Source: Laetmonice hystrix (lineage: Eukaryota). Taken from it: DNA of 64,000 nucleotides. A program made the translations under genes and the position numbers. The stretch covers positions 29,948,001 through 30,012,000 of the forward strand of contig OZ249436.1 in NCBI GenBank assembly GCA_965235115.1, read 5' to 3'. Below the pieces are notes generated by a model that was given only the letters and a program-made list of their open reading frames with translations, was not told where the DNA came from and did no database searches. This document shows, piece by piece, positions 24,769 through 39,732 of the stretch (position 1 is its first letter; the number at the start of each line of letters is the position of its first letter).

Positions 24769-27700
24769 ATGACGAGCACGGGTTCGAGTATCGATACAGA
24801 CTGTATGACCATGACACGGTTCCTGCTAGCCGAGCAACGAAGACACCCTCACGCCGAGGGAGATCTCACTCAGCTGATGAATGCCATTCTCACTGCCGTG
24901 AAAGCTATATCAAACGCCGTCCGCAAGGCAGGGATCGCCAGTCTGTAAGTGGAGGGGTTGGAAGGGGGGGGGGGATCCGCGACACACTTTTTAAGTTACA
25001 CACCTATCTGGTGTTTGTATAATGAAAGTTCAATCTTTATTGGGGTAAGTTTGATTGGTGGTGGGATTGTATCAAAGTAATAGTATCTAGAATCTAGAGC
25101 TGTTTTTGATTGATACTGATATTGATATACATAGTGATAGTCATAGTGATACAATAGTCAATATATATTTAGTATGATAATCCTCGTCTAGTATTGACTT
25201 TTTATTTAGATTGTATTGACAAATATACTAGTCTACTCTAGTATTGTTTATGCAAATTATGCAGGCCTTTTCCTTTGAAAAGGCCAGGCAAGCAAATATA
25301 TTATTAATGGCCTAAACTTCAATTTGAACCTCTAGCCTAGGCAAGCATATTTTTCTGACGACCTGCGGACTATTTTAATGCTTGCCAATCAGTCAACCAA
25401 TAAGGTTCATTGTTGTAAGCCAGCATATGGCTTTGACTTTGACGTCTCCGTACCTGGGGTGCGTTCCTCATCTATCGTTATCCCGTCGTGCATTAAAATC
25501 CCCATTGAAAATACATTGGAGTTAACGATACGACAAGCTAACGACATGATGAGGAACACCCCCCTGGTACTCAGTAATTAGTTCCCAATTATACCACAAG
25601 AGGCAGTCAGAAAGTCGAACGGACCTCTGCTTGTGAGAATAGGGTCACTCCAGAGGAAGTTGGCTAGGCGCCCAAAGTTTTAACTACCGTAATCTTATAG
25701 GTAGGCGCGCAGTCTTTTGCGCACCTTGGAACAATTTTAGGCAAGCTATGGAGCGCAAGTGCAAAAGGGTAAAAACATTGTGTCCTAATTAAGGGGCTAA
25801 AATTATTGTTTTTCATCAATTGCAGATATGGCATTACAGGCAGTAGTAACGTGCAAGGAGAAGAGGTCAAAAAGTTGGACATTCTTTCCAATGACCTGTT
25901 CATCAACATGTTGCGGTCATCGTACACAACCTGTCTCATGGTATCAGAGGAAAATGAAAATGTCATTGAGGTAGACACAGAAAAACAGGTAAATGTCAAC
26001 AAAAACAGGCAATGTCCGAAATTAATAAATTGTCAACTGGTCAAACATTGGTTTCTGCAGCTCTTGTGTTTTAAACTGGCACAGCTGATTTTTATTCTGA
26101 CAGTTAAAAAATGACGGGACTTTATCTTCCCCAAATCCTAGCTTGTTATTGTACAAGGTATTGGGTGTAGGCTAAGCTGAGCTAGATCTGGCCTACATGT
26201 AAGATATAGTTTCTGATTATCGCCTATCCCTCCAACTTCCAAGCCGTACTATAGCAGTTTTGGTACCCAGTACAGTACTCTAAAATATGATCTAATATAA
26301 GATACTAACCTGGGGTCCGTTCCAGTAACGAAAGACGTCTTTAGCAAAGACGTCTTTGCAGGGCCAGTGTTAAAGAATAGGAGGTTAGTGTAACACCCGT
26401 CGCCGCAAAGACCTCTTTGGGCTCATCGACCATTTCAAAGACGTCTTTTGGGCTTAGTGGAACACACCCCTGAAATTTAAGGATTCATGTGGGGGCCGTA
26501 GCCCTATGATGAGAATGATTACACACCATTTGTTATCAAATTCACGGTATGCAGCCGTCTCGATAAACCCTGGTGGCCAGCAGTTTTGCCTGCCCACTTC
26601 CCAATTTATTCCGTTGACCCCAGCGCAAATTTATTCTCTAGTTAGATATGTGTATTAAACCGTACATGTTAGGCATACAGTATTTACTTAAAATACGAAT
26701 AGGAAGTCAGTATAACATGTCATTTGGCATCTTAACTTTTGAACTTGGGTCAGATCAGGTCATTTCATTCAATACTTTATTGTTGGACCATACCTTAAAA
26801 ATCAAGTCAGGTAATAGAAACGAAGGGATCAAATATTATATTGAAAATATCTTTGATCAGTACCATATTGATTGTTGGGGGCTATGATTTCTATGAAGTC
26901 TTATTAAACTTATCGTACTGGGGAGAATTGCAATAGAATCATACTGCCAAGCGCGCCATTTTAGGCAATTTTTTTTTCACTGCATCCACAATTACTTATT
27001 TAATATGAAAATTTACATGTTGCTGTACCTTATTTTTATTTTGGTTGACCTTATTATTAAACATCTTTATTATTGCCATACCTCTGAAAACAAGAACACG
27101 TGTATTTACTGTCCCACCCGTAACGGTTTTAATATAAATTTCTTTATGATAAATAATAAGGCTCTATTTATTTTAAAGGTCCTAATTTGCTTCTTTAGTA
27201 CATGTGCATTTTTCTATGCAAATACGAATAAAATGGTGAATTACTTTTTCTGTAATTGTAAAATTTGTGTTACGGGTGGGACAAAATTTCCAAATTTAGC
27301 AAGTTCCGTTTTTTGTACAAATTTCTATGAAGTCTTATTAAACTTATCGTATTTGTACATTTCAGCTATACGTGTGTACACAGAATACCACTGCAAATCC
27401 ACTAATAGATTTGAGGGGGGGGGGAAATTCTAGGCAGTGATCTGCAATTTTTGGGGCACTTCACTTTTTTCTCTTTTTTTTTGCATAATCATGCATTGTG
27501 CCACACTGCAATGGTTGGTGGGGAAAGAAAGGATATCTTGACAAAGATTTTTATAGTGACTTAAAATGAGGAATATGGAGACATACTTTTCCGTACTTTT
27601 TCCATAAATGTTACAAAACTACTATACGTCAAGAAAGCTGCTTTTGAGGTATTACATGTAAACTTTCATAGACATGTACTTTGTGCCCAGTTCCTTACTA

Positions 27701-30700
27701 GGTGTAAACATAGAGATATCAACTCTTAAAATAGCCTAATCAATCGAAAGGCTATCTACCATGGTGTTTTTTTTTAAATGTAAGGGGTATTTTAAGTGTT
27801 GGTAATGGTATCATATAAGAAACAAATGGACTCGGCTCTACCAGTGTGCCTGTCTTATATCCCGTCTCAAATGGCATGGCCAACAACATGATATTTAGAC
27901 TTCGCTTTTCTCAGATGTATACATGCAAATGCTGGCTGACCAAACATATACACTTGAAGGCCACAATTGAGGTTATTCCCCAATGGTAACTTTTTTGGGG
28001 AGGGCCTGGTTCGGGTTAAGGTTAGGGATAGGATTATTGTATATATGTTTTTGGGAGGTGTAGGGCCTGGGGTTAGGGGTTTTAAGGATAAGTTCAGGGC
28101 TATGGATCACTAATTTTGACCAAATTTTGTGGGTGCCTGGTGCCTGAAGTTACTGATGTTAACAGGTTGGATAAAGTTACCAAAAAGTTGGTCAAATATT
28201 ATATCCAGGTAGTTAAGTAATGCAGACGTATCAGGCTCAGAGGAATTCATGTGTGTTATGACAGTTGTGTCTCTACCATGGCCTATATTACTTGTTATCC
28301 ACTGAACCAGTAACTGGATATATTATTTTGAAGATCCTATTTTACTGTTTCAACTTTCATCAAACAACTAAGAAAGACACAATTAAGATGAATTCTCAGC
28401 ATATTCTAGAGGACACTGATATATTTTTTAAAATCTCCCATGGGGAAAATATTGATACACAAAGTGATATCGACAAAATGCATTCAGCTGGCAGTAGGCC
28501 TACTTCAAATATTTCACGGTCATGATTTAGACGTGCCAACTCAGACTTGGTTTCAAACTCAGGAAGAAACTTTCCAGCCTGTTTCTCCCTCCAGGTGCCT
28601 GGAAGGTCAGTGAGGGTGGGTGGGGGCACTCGAGGCCGGAGCTATTATCTATACACGTATTGCCTCTGTGACCGGAGCTATTATCTATATTGCCTGTGTG
28701 ACCGGCTGAGTCAAATTGTTATTTTGGGAACAGCTATTCAGGCCGTTGATTGCACATAGTTTGAGACAGGTGGCGCCACCTGTTGTCCGTCCTCCCGGAG
28801 CATGCACTACCAACACCGCTGTGAGGGCCGACCTCCAACTAATAATTATTGAACGGCCCATACACCAAGTCCAACAGACCGTAACATTGTATACATAGGC
28901 GTCAGTCGGCAGGCCTACACAGTACTGCGCAAATCAACATGATGTTCAGTACTGGCAGACCCTCTGCTGGATGAAAAAGAAAGTGTTTTGAATGGGTGGA
29001 TAACTCGCCGACAGGGCACTGTTGGAGGTTAAGTGGGCAGAAACTCTAGAAGAGTCATAGATATTTATATAAATTACTGGTATAATATTGAAAGCCAGAT
29101 TTAAAAAAAAAAAGTGATTTATATTAACATAGATTTATTATTTCTGTTGTGCCAGGGCAAGGTAAGCAAGCATGGTGTGATTGTCTTATTTGATTAATTG
29201 TTGATTCCCTTCAATCGCTTCTGTATGCAGCAGAAGACATGACTGTGTTTTGTGATCTAGGCTGTTGATGATTGCTTCTGTCCACACTCCAGGACCCCTT
29301 TTGAACGCCCTATTAATTTTACTGATTGTGTATTTCAACGTTATTAATTTAATATATCTAGCAGATCCATGATGTAGTGACTGGGTCCAGTTCTTGTAGA
29401 CTTGAATTGATTTCAAATATTACAAATAGCCCAGATGAAGAACCGTCGGCCATTTTACCTACAACTGAAAATTCAAAACCATCTATATATTTCTCATACC
29501 TCTCATATTTCAAATACAGTAGATATATGATGTAGTGGTTGGGTCCAGGTCTAGTAGACTTGTTTAGAGGTGAAAACACCGCGGTAAACCGAATAGAAAT
29601 TTCCAGTTCATGACAGATTGGCTTAATACGACACCATTATCAGGAAGAATGTATAGGATCCATCGGTTTTTTTTAAATGTAGAGGTAAGAAACCATTCAA
29701 AAGTTTCTCTTGAGTCATTACACAGTCGCAGAACAGTAAGAAAAACAAATTTAAAAAGAAAATAATGGAAATAAGAAAAAGAGAAAAATATGGATTTTAA
29801 CGTAAGGTTGTACACCATCTTCAAATTTGTTACCTTTGAAAGTATAAAAGCCCCAGATGGTTATGCCCAGGATTTGTACCAGTTGTAGCCACCCTCTTCC
29901 ATGTTGAAGGTTAACACAGGTTAAATATTGAGGTATTGATTAAAATATTACACCAAACATTTGTAAACACTTTTCTTGGCTATGCAAAGTTGCTGTCCTT
30001 TGGGCTTAATCATAACTGATATGGTACAATAGAACATTTTTGTGAAACTATATTTGGAGCATATGATTTTGTTATTATCGTGTTAGCTCTTAGTAGCAGT
30101 ATTTTTGCACGTTAAAGGGTTTGTCTCATGTGGTGAATCGACCAGAATCTTTAGATTTACGCTAAGATCCATGCCATTGAGGAGTGACTGAAGGCTTGTA
30201 TTGATTCTGTTAGATGCTATGGGTAACTGAGTAGACAGCAGTGAAGGAAGTAGTAAAAATCTGGCATGGAGTTGAGGAAAACAATGAACACTGACTAGCT
30301 GACTTGTCACAAATCATTGGAACATAGGCATTATAATAACTGTATACATGGGGCCAGGTATCAAAAAGAGCCAGTTCTACAACTCCCTAGGCCTCAGAAG
30401 CTACGTCAGTCGTTTTCGATCCTATGAAAGATGATTTTGTGACTTTTATAAAAAAAAGATTTTGTTTACATACTACCAGTCAACTAGGATAGAACTATGT
30501 GAGCTATGGATGACATGGCAAGTCCACTTCAAACATATTTTTGGTGACATACTACGTTTCTTGAAATATATCTTGAAATTCGTTGAGACAACCCCTTTAA
30601 GAAACTGAGTGTTTGTGATGGCAATCTCTAGACCTGGATATAGATATAAATGTACTGTGGTAAAATGTTGCAAGTTTTGCCCACTCCACGGTTTCTCTGT

Positions 30701-33435
30701 GTGTCCATAGACTAACTGCCATGACTTCGGACAGTGGTGAGCCAATCCTACCATGAAATACTAAAACCTTCCCCCTCTAGCGTGGTATTAATATTTTCAC
30801 AGTTGAGGAGATATCTCAGCGGGAAACATGCAAAGCGCAGAAAAATGGACATGGATATTCCTAAACAGGTATTTACCATCAGGGGTAATAGTTTTGCGGA
30901 ATTCTTTCTCTTTTTTTTTTTTACAGAAATTCGTTATTTGCATGGAAGACTGGTAGAAAACAGATAGCTTTATTTTTTGTCGATTGTTCACTGGGTACCT
31001 ACTCTTGTGCTGTACAAATACAATAAGCCTTCTGGTGGGACCTGCAGTCAGCAAAACTTGCAACTTTTGTCACTTATTGTGTTCAGTACTACTAATCCTA
31101 ACCCAAGAGTGAACCTGTCTTTGGAGTGTACTTTTTGTCAGTGTGCTGTCTGCTGTGGATTAGAGTAGACTTTGCTACATGTGTGGTGTACACATTTATG
31201 TAATAAGAATTAGACTCGAATAATACACAAAAAATTGTTAAAAGCAGCTCCATGCCGAAATATGTGAAGGCAACCGGACGCTTAGTAAACAAGGCATTCC
31301 ATAGCTACAAGCGTTTCAACCTTGCCGCTTCAATCATCACTGTGCACTCGTCCTTTTTAGGTCATAGAAGTATAAATAGACCAATAGGATAATACGCAGA
31401 AGTTGACCCTTGCTTACAAAGAACAAAATTCTCTGGTTGGCCTCCCATGGCCTTCCAGTTGGGACTGTGTCACAGATGAACAACTTTCATTCATAGTACC
31501 TATGTGTGACTGCTTGGAGATTATTGTATTAGTGACTTTGCAAAATGTATTTAGAAATGAAATGACGAAAACAGGTATAAATACATAATCTGTCTTCAGT
31601 ATATTTCTCCTTCGCTGTGACGGACTGGTAACTTATTTTCAAAACTCCAGTAGCCTTTAATAGACTTTAATAATATAGTTCTAAGTAATGTTCACATTTA
31701 AGCAACTTCCTATTCCTATAATAATACCAGCACTATTCAAGAAATTTCTTTTTAAAAGAAAAGGGGTTATACTGGTTTACTCCATTTTTAAATGGTCCTT
31801 TCAGGGCAAGTACATTGTCTGCTTTGACCCCCTTGATGGCTCTTCCAACATTGACTGTCTTGTATCTATTGGAACCATCTTCGCTATCTACAGAAAGGTA
31901 CGTTCTTCAAGTGGCCATGATAATTCAAGTGAAAATATACTAATTCTGTTGTTATAACAAGATAAATTACTTATCCTACACTTAAGTTATTATTCGCTGT
32001 TTAATGCAGAGAACGACAATTGGTACAGTTCTAGTTAACCTGACTCTGTAAAATATAACTTTGACAACGTTCTTATGCATACCCCAGTACATGTAAAATG
32101 TGGGAAATATGTTAATTTTGGAGAGTATTGTTGCAGACCACGCAAGGACCAGCTTCTGTGAAAGATGCGCTCCAGAAAGGTCGGGACATTGTGGCTGCTG
32201 GGTATGCTCTGTATGGTAGTGCAACCATGGTGGTATTGTCTACAGGGAATGGCGTCAACGGCTTTATGCTTGACCCGGTAATTTTGTTGTTGTCGGGTTT
32301 TTGTAAAAGTGGCTTGGCTGACATGAGGAGTGACAGAATAAATTGGGTGTATTCGAATCTGACTTGTAACAATAACATAATATCTAAAGAAGAAGATTAT
32401 ATTTAGGAATCATAGACACTATCACTTTATGTAGAGAGAATGCATTAATTACAGATAAACTGTGTGGTACATAATTGCATGTGTATAATTAGTGAACCTT
32501 AACATTTCTCCTTTTCCATCATTTTTGCAGGCAATTGGAGAATTTATTCTAACGGAGAGAAATATGAGGATTAAACCAAGAGGGAAGATCTATTCTATCA
32601 ATGAGGGCTATGCAAAGTTTTGGTTCGACCCAGTGAAGGAATATATTGAGAGTAAAAAGTACCCAAAGGTAAAACTGTTTGGCTAAGCTGCCCTTTCTAC
32701 CCTTATGTAGAATAAGAGAGCATTTTGATTATTTCAGCTTTTTTAGTTTAATTTCCTAAGTGCTTGGTGATATTCGTTTTGATATATTTCTATATATCGC
32801 TAATATTGGATGGCTAAAAATATTGTTTTCAGAGTGGTAAGCCTTATGGTGCACGATACATTGGATCTATGGTTGCTGATGTACACCGCACATTATGTTA
32901 TGGCGGCATATTTGGATACCCAGCAACAACTGAAACACCCAAGGGCAAGGTAATACCTTTGCACAAATGCTAGGGCGTCATAGCTAATAATTCCCCTAAA
33001 AATACGGACGTTTTATAACCCCCAACCTCAAAGCTGCCTCATTTTATACATTCCTAAAATATAAAACATAAAGGACTTCATTTATATCAGAAAATTAAGA
33101 AGAATGTGTTATGGTAACTTGTTTGTAATCATATCTAACATCTTCCTACAAAAATTAAAACTTTCCTTCAAAATGTACATAATGTAGCTTGTAGTGAAAG
33201 AAATATTATATGACGTATCCGTTTTTTGTTGTAACTGCAGCTGCGTCTGATGTACGAATGTAACCCGATGGCATACATCATAGAGCAGGCAGGCGGCCTG
33301 GCCACCACGGGAACCATGCCCATACTGGACATCCAGCCGGAATCAATCCACCAACGGTCACCAATCTTCCTCGGCTCACGTGAAGACGTCGAGGAGGTGG
33401 TCGCCTTACATCAGAAACACACCAACAATGTGTAG
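24769..33435 (+). CDS. FBP1: Fructose-1,6-bisphosphatase class I (340 aa, 7 exons)
   Basis: Exons 24769-24944, 25826-25988, 31805-31897, 32137-32277, 32531-32668, 32833-32949 and 33241-33435 total 1023 nt, in frame, GT-AG. Signature motifs [47 protein letters not shown] and GKLRLMYE. Confidence 0.97.
26313..26469. mobile_element. Harbinger-like MITE in FBP intron 2
   Basis: CTG|GGGTCCGTTCCAGTAA...TTAGTGGAACACACCC|CTG with internal AAAGACGTCTTT palindromes. Confidence 0.6.
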
Positions 33436-35172
33436 ATGGACTTACGGATGCCATGTTGCTATAAGAAACGTACTCAGGCTGACCTATGCTTGAAAGACAC
33501 ACGTAATTACTCATTAGTAAGTATTAACATGGTCGTACAATATGCGCTTTGTATATTACAAAGTGTGTTTGTTAAAAATACGGAAGTTAGATCGGTAGAT
33601 CTTTTCTATGAACATTATCACGTTAACCTCAGATATCATAACCCAGGTGCAATGTTGATATTGTGGGAAATCGTATGACCCAAGGAATTTTCTTGTAAAT
33701 TTAAAGAATTTGATCATATTCGATGTAGAAAGGGTAAACACAGCACACGGAGATCTTCAAAGAGAGGTTACATCCACGACATTGGACTTTAATGAATTTC
33801 TCTATTGTAACTGGTATATTAGATATTATTTAGTTGCACTGATAATTTTGCAGTACTTAACGGATCGTGTAACTGATAGAGTGCGATTTCTAGTTATCTT
33901 TTTATACATACGTCAAAGGCTCCTCCCCATAAGGAGTCCACCAGGTAAAATTCAGGGCTCAGTTCGTCAAAGCCTAGGATCTTGATTAAGCTGAATGCTT
34001 CAGATTGGTTGGTCTAAGCCGACCAGCCAATCAGGAGTGTAAAGCTTCAGCTTAAGCAAAATCGTAAGTTTTTATGAACTGGGCCCAAGGAAAGCTACCA
34101 ATCTAGGCCCAGGGATCCGATGGTGCTCATATGTCACTAAACCAGGTCTGCTCAATCTGCAAACAGTGTAGGTAATGTACCTTAAGCCAGGTTCATACTA
34201 ACCAAATAATGCATGGAATTATTGGAAATTAGTATCGTCAAAATTGTATAAGATCTGGGCCCGGTTTTTTTAAAATTCTCAAGCAAACCCGGGGGGCTTG
34301 CTCAACTCTTTACTGAACTTGAGTAAAGTCATATTTCCAACCAATGCACAGGATAAAACAAGAAACAAAAAGGCTACATGAATACTACCGTTATTACTGC
34401 TGTACATGATAATTCTAGCTATGAATTGTCCGTATATAATTGTTCACCCAACATGTATGTTTTGGAATGGGCCGTATGACTATGTTCTGTTAAAGTTTTC
34501 GTTTGGAAGATCGTCTTTCACTAATTGAGGGGTCGTACAATTTGTGATAATTGCATAAGAATATCTAAATGGATAAAGTGCATCAGATAGAGTCATGTTA
34601 TCTGGACAGAGATGTTTTTATTTTTTAGAAGCTGTCTTGAGACCCTCAGGTTATCTGAAGGTCTTGCTTTACGATTTGCTCTGGTGCAGTCGTTCCGTGT
34701 GACGTTATAGATATTACTGCTGGTTGTGGTGACAGCTACAGGGTGGAGGAAAGAAAATAAATTGTGTCCGCCAAGACACTAAATACCGGGTACTAAGTTT
34801 ATTGACCTTTTTTGTTCGTATCGATCACCTTTTCATCAGAAAGGACTCCCAGGCCTAACCCAGAACGCGTAAACGTTGTCGAACGCCGTTGTGCTGCAGA
34901 AAGTTAGTTTGCTCGGCTGACACCAGGGGATGCTATGATGCTTCAGTCCACTGTTGCATGCGCGCGCGCCACCTTCCGTCTATTAGCTAATTTTAGCCCA
35001 AGCCAGTTTCTCATGCTCCTGGCAACACTGAACATGCAAATCGCAACATCTCGGGCTTTCCGTACGCGAAACACCTCGAATGTATTTCGGGCGCTGCCAT
35101 GTTGAAACTACTTCAAGTCACATGATTCGATGGAGACATTTGACCGGCGATTTAGTTAAAATGGACACTTAA

Positions 35173-35421
35173 AGGCAGGGTAAACACCCACGGCAAATAA
35201 GGTTTCGTAGACCAAATGAAACACCAGCATTTGCCTCAGGGCAATAAATGACAAAATTACATTATCTGAATGAAGTAATTAACGTGTAACTGCCCGATGT
35301 GTGACGCAACTGGTTCTGCTTGTCTGTTCAACACCTCGGACGTTTACAAACGTTGGGACTCCAAACATCGTGTAGACAAGGTCTGTAAGCAGAGTAACAC
35401 GTAATGTTACGCAATACGCCG
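35173..35421 (+). mobile_element. Kolobok-like element, truncated copy 1
   Basis: Starts TTAA|AGGCAGGG. About 155 bp are near-identical to 45043-45200, and the following segment is inverted relative to copy 2. Confidence 0.7.
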
Positions 35422-36119
35422 CGTATCATAAAAAGTGGTTCTTAATTAAAAATGGAAACTTATCTGTAAAGGGGGTTTTATAGAATTATAATCTTGAATT
35501 CTTACGAACCCAAGAAACTCCACCCCTTGAGGACACATTGCGTCAGCCCAAATTGTGTTGACCTACACTATAGCCAAAGTTGCTGTTGGAGTTGACGAGG
35601 CCCTTTTCCCTTGGTCACATTGGTCATTGAATAGCTTATTTTGTGCTCCAAAATGCATTGGATTGCAACAAATTACACCTTGAATTTCAAAATTTTCCGG
35701 GGGAGCATGGCCCCGGACCCCCCTAGGAGGCTTCGCGCCTTCGTGCCTTCGCCGCTCGTAGGCCTACATTCACGTCGGTGTCGCCCATGAACACGTTGAC
35801 CCCCCCCCCCCCCCCCCCCAACGGAAAAAGCTGGATCCGCCCCTGGGTCCTTATACCTCCCTGTACCTCCCCCGACATAGTTTCCAGTCGTACATAAAGT
35901 CTTAATGAAGGTGTCCCTACTGGCTGTTACGTACTGAATGAGTATTCACCGACTTTTTTGGTCTGAAGCGGGAGTTTGAACTTGTGAACATTATGGCGGC
36001 CATCGCTGGTCATGCAGCTGTCCCGCCCAAAACGAGGCTGGGTGCAGGGTCAGTCAGGGAGCAGTTATTATTTTCATACTGCATCAATGCGTGGCGATGT
36101 GTCTGTGAAAACTAACCGC

Positions 36120-36249
36120 TCCTCCCTCCCTCCCTCCCTCCCTCCCTCCCTCCCTCCCTCCCTCCCTCCCTCCCTCCCTCCCTCCCTCCCTCCCTCCCTC
36201 CCTCCCTCCCTCCCTCCCTCCCTCCCTCCCTCCCTCCCTCCCTCCCTCC
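36120..36249. repeat. (CCCT)n microsatellite
   Basis: Pure tetranucleotide run of ~130 bp. Confidence 0.95.
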
Positions 36250-36773
36250 GCCCAAAACGAGGCTGGGGGCAAGATGGCGACTCGCTTCATGTGAATGTGC
36301 CCGCTACATGAGTTGGATTTCAAATCCACGGTTTGACAGCAGGATTTATTGGAGTAGGCCCAAACTGTACCATAGGCATAGCTATACATATGGACATATA
36401 GGCTACGTATTTAATCATTGAGTGTAGACTCCTCTAATACGAGTTCACATCTGAGCGCTAGGTAACAAATAAAACGTGACGGACTGACGGGGACTGGGAA
36501 CCCCCGTTTTTACAAGGGATCTCTGCCCGTCCCAGAACTGACAAGTAGCCAACTGGGACGATGCTCTGTCTTTAGGCCAACAACTGACAGAACGTCATGA
36601 TCTTTCGTCTGGGTTTTTTCCTGACATTGAGTTGAGTGACCTTGCAAGCTCAATCAAGGCCATGATTTTCAATGGCCTGTAGAGTCTATAGGCCTATGTA
36701 GGGTCTATCTGCAAAACAGTTGAAGATAACGGCAATGAGATCGTTTATATTATTACTTTAGATGACTATCTAA

Positions 36774-37100
36774 GGCCGCCGCACACGACGAACATTTGTG
36801 CGCGAACATTTGTTCCTTTAAGGCCGCCGCACACGACGAACATATTCGCGAACATTTGTTCACGAACAAAAATCCGCTCAGACAATTATTGTTCGCGAAC
36901 AATTGTTCGTCGGTATTCGACATGCAGATGTTTAACACAAATTCGTGGTTTACCGCAGACGACGAACATTTGTTCGGAAATATTAAACATGTTGAATACC
37001 GACGAACAATTGTTCGTTCGGCGTTTTGATCACCGCACACGAGCGGATTTTTGTTCGGGAACAAATGTTTGCGCACAAATGTTCGTCGTGTGCGGCGGCC
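36774..37100. mobile_element. Harbinger-like MITE
   Basis: TAA|GGCCGCCGCACACGACGAACATTTGTGCGC...GCGCACAAATGTTCGTCGTGTGCGGCGGCC|TTA, with the terminal sequence repeated internally near 36820. Confidence 0.8.
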
Positions 37101-37312
37101 TTAAGATACGATACGAATGTAGGCCTACAGCTGAGTCTGAAATAAAGTTACTATAGGCCTACTATGTATTTGGAGCAATAATTCAAAGCGTATGGGATTT
37201 GGCTTCACAGCTGCTGCAGTCCAGATGGTTCAGGTTTTGTCAAGTGATAAAAACAGAAATCTGAATGATAGTGATGGTGACCTGACTTTAAGTTGATATA
37301 GAAATCGACATT

Positions 37313-39071
37313 TTTTAGCCCCCAAACCCATCGGGTTTTGGGGGCTTATGATTCACCCTCTGTCCGTCCGTCCGTCCGTCCGTCCGTCCGTGAACAGCGA
37401 TATCTCAGAAACGTGCGGAACAATCATTTTCATATTTGAACACAAGATCAGGTACCATCCTGGCATGATGCACGTTAAAGGATTTTTTGATACGATCCAA
37501 GATGGCCGCCTGGCAGCCATATTGGTGAAATACACATTTACAGCGATATCTCTATTAAAAGAATACCATTTTCATTCAAACTTGACACAAAGATATGGTG
37601 TTCTTCAAGTCCTTTAGTGCTACGATGCATTATGCAAAGAGAAGCTTATATTACAATTCACCATGATCAAGATTTTGAAGAGTGCGTCCAAGATGGCCGC
37701 TCGACAGCCATACACTATGGGGAGCGAATAGGAAGTCATATATGAGGAATCTTTTGACACCATTATATTTGACCTTGGGTTGACATTTCAAGGTCATTTG
37801 AGGTCAGGTGTTTATTAAGGATCACTATGTCAGAAATGGTGTTCTTCAAGTCCTTTAGTGCTACGATGCATTATGCAAAGGGAGACTTATATTACAATTC
37901 ACCATGATCAAGATTTTGAAGAGTGCGTCCAAGATGGCCGCTCGACAGCCATATTGGCAAAATAGACATATACAGGTATATCTCTGTTAAAAGAATACCA
38001 TTTTCATTCAAACTTGGCGCAACGATAGGGGTTCATGGGGCAAACATACACGTCATTTTGTTTTCAGTTTGGATCCAATATGGCCGATCGGCAGCCATGT
38101 TTGTGTTGTTGGCAATGTCATTAAACTTTAGTGGCGTATAACTTGACAATGGGGCGAGGTGTGGGTAAAGTTACTATGGGGAGCGAATAGGAAGTCATAT
38201 ATGAGGAATCTTTTGACACCATTATATTTGACCTTGGGTTGACATTTCAAGGTCATTTGAGGTCAGGTGTTATTTATAGATTAGGAAGTCATATAATTAT
38301 GAAGTTTCATTTAGTGCCATTTTCCATGACCGTGAGCGACCTTGAAAGGTCAATCAAGGTCATGCATTTTTTCAATAGCCTGGATCTTCAAAACAGTTGA
38401 GGATGCAGGTCAATGATATTTTTGACATCAGTCAAAATGGCCGTGTGGTGGCCATCTTGGATTTAAACACATTTGGAGCAATACCTCAGACAAAACGATC
38501 CTGATGTCTTTAAAATTTGGTGGAAAGAAAGTGCATGAGGGGCAATGTGTGTGCCAATACATTGCCAGATCAGAGCAAATATGGCGACTTGGCGGTCATA
38601 TTAATATACCCCCCCCCCCCCCAATAACACTGTTTTGGCTCATATCTCGAAAACGGTGCAATATAAGGCAATAGTTACTATTATTGACAGATAGGAAGTC
38701 ATATATGAAGTTTGATTTGGCGCCATTTTCCATGACCTTGAGCGACCTTGAAAGGTCATGCATATTTTAATGGCCTGTACCTCCAAACCAGTTGAAGATA
38801 ACAGCATCTAATCTTGCGTGAAACATTACATAATAACCAGGGACAGTCTATAGGGAGGACACAGGTCAAACATATCATTAAAAATGGCTGCTTCGTGGCC
38901 ATCTTGGATATAAAGAAATTCGAAGCAATAACTCTGACATTTTCTGGATTTCGTTCTTGCTGACAGAAAGCATGAGGGGTAACAAGCGTGCCAAAAGTAC
39001 ACATAGTTCCTGGACCCACAGAAAATTTGTTCCTACTCAGTTGGGGGCTGTGACTCCGACGGGGTCTAGTT
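37313..39071 (+). mobile_element. Helentron/DINE-1-like non-autonomous element
   Basis: The 5' end has a T run, palindrome AGCCCCCAAACCC..GGGTTTTGGGGGCT and (GTCC)n. Internal direct repeats follow. The 3' end has TTGGGGGCT, hairpin GACTCCGACGGGGTC and TAGTT. Confidence 0.8.
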
Positions 39072-39732
39072 GGTGCGTATACGGACCAAATTTAAATATC
39101 ACCTTTAGATTACCTATATTTCTTGACAGCCTTTCATTACATAGGACACAAAAAGACCATGGGTCGCAATTACTTTTTTCCTTCCTTTTTGTGGAAGTAT
39201 ATGTATCGATTAATCGAAATATTGAAAAGGTGGCGAGGTCGATGCATGGAAGAAACCGAAGGTGCGGTGTCTGACTGTGCATACTCTAGGACAAACTTCT
39301 CGTGTACGCTAACGTGTACCCCCACTCTGAAAAACAACCACAGAATAATGCCAGGTGATGACGCTTCCTTCACAGTCCGAATTTGGCGTAGATTTTTTTT
39401 AAAATTCAGTAGCTTTGCGGCGTGGCATAAAATTGACAATACATGTAGATGGTTGGGTCTGGGTGTGACAACAAAGACTAGAAGAGGCAGCTAGAATAAC
39501 AGACGAGCCAGTGGGGTTCCCATTTCCTTTTATTGCTACGATTCGGACTTCACATCACGAGTCATCTCGAACCCAACTTCACAGATGTTCCAGGCCCTCT
39601 GTATACATTAGACGTGCACATGTGGGGGTTCATCCAAACATAGGCCTATACATTAGCCTACGTGCGAACATCACGTTCATCCAGACATATACATTACGTG
39701 CGAACATCACGCCGGTCTAATTTATTCTTCAA

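Noticed and set aside
24275..24817. 180-aa antisense ORF overlapping the FBPase start
   Set aside because: It has no recognisable domain and is best explained as a chance ORF in a GC-rich promoter region.
36012..36389. Low-complexity ORFs (PPSL)n and (GGRE)n
   Set aside because: They are translations of the (CCCT)n microsatellite.
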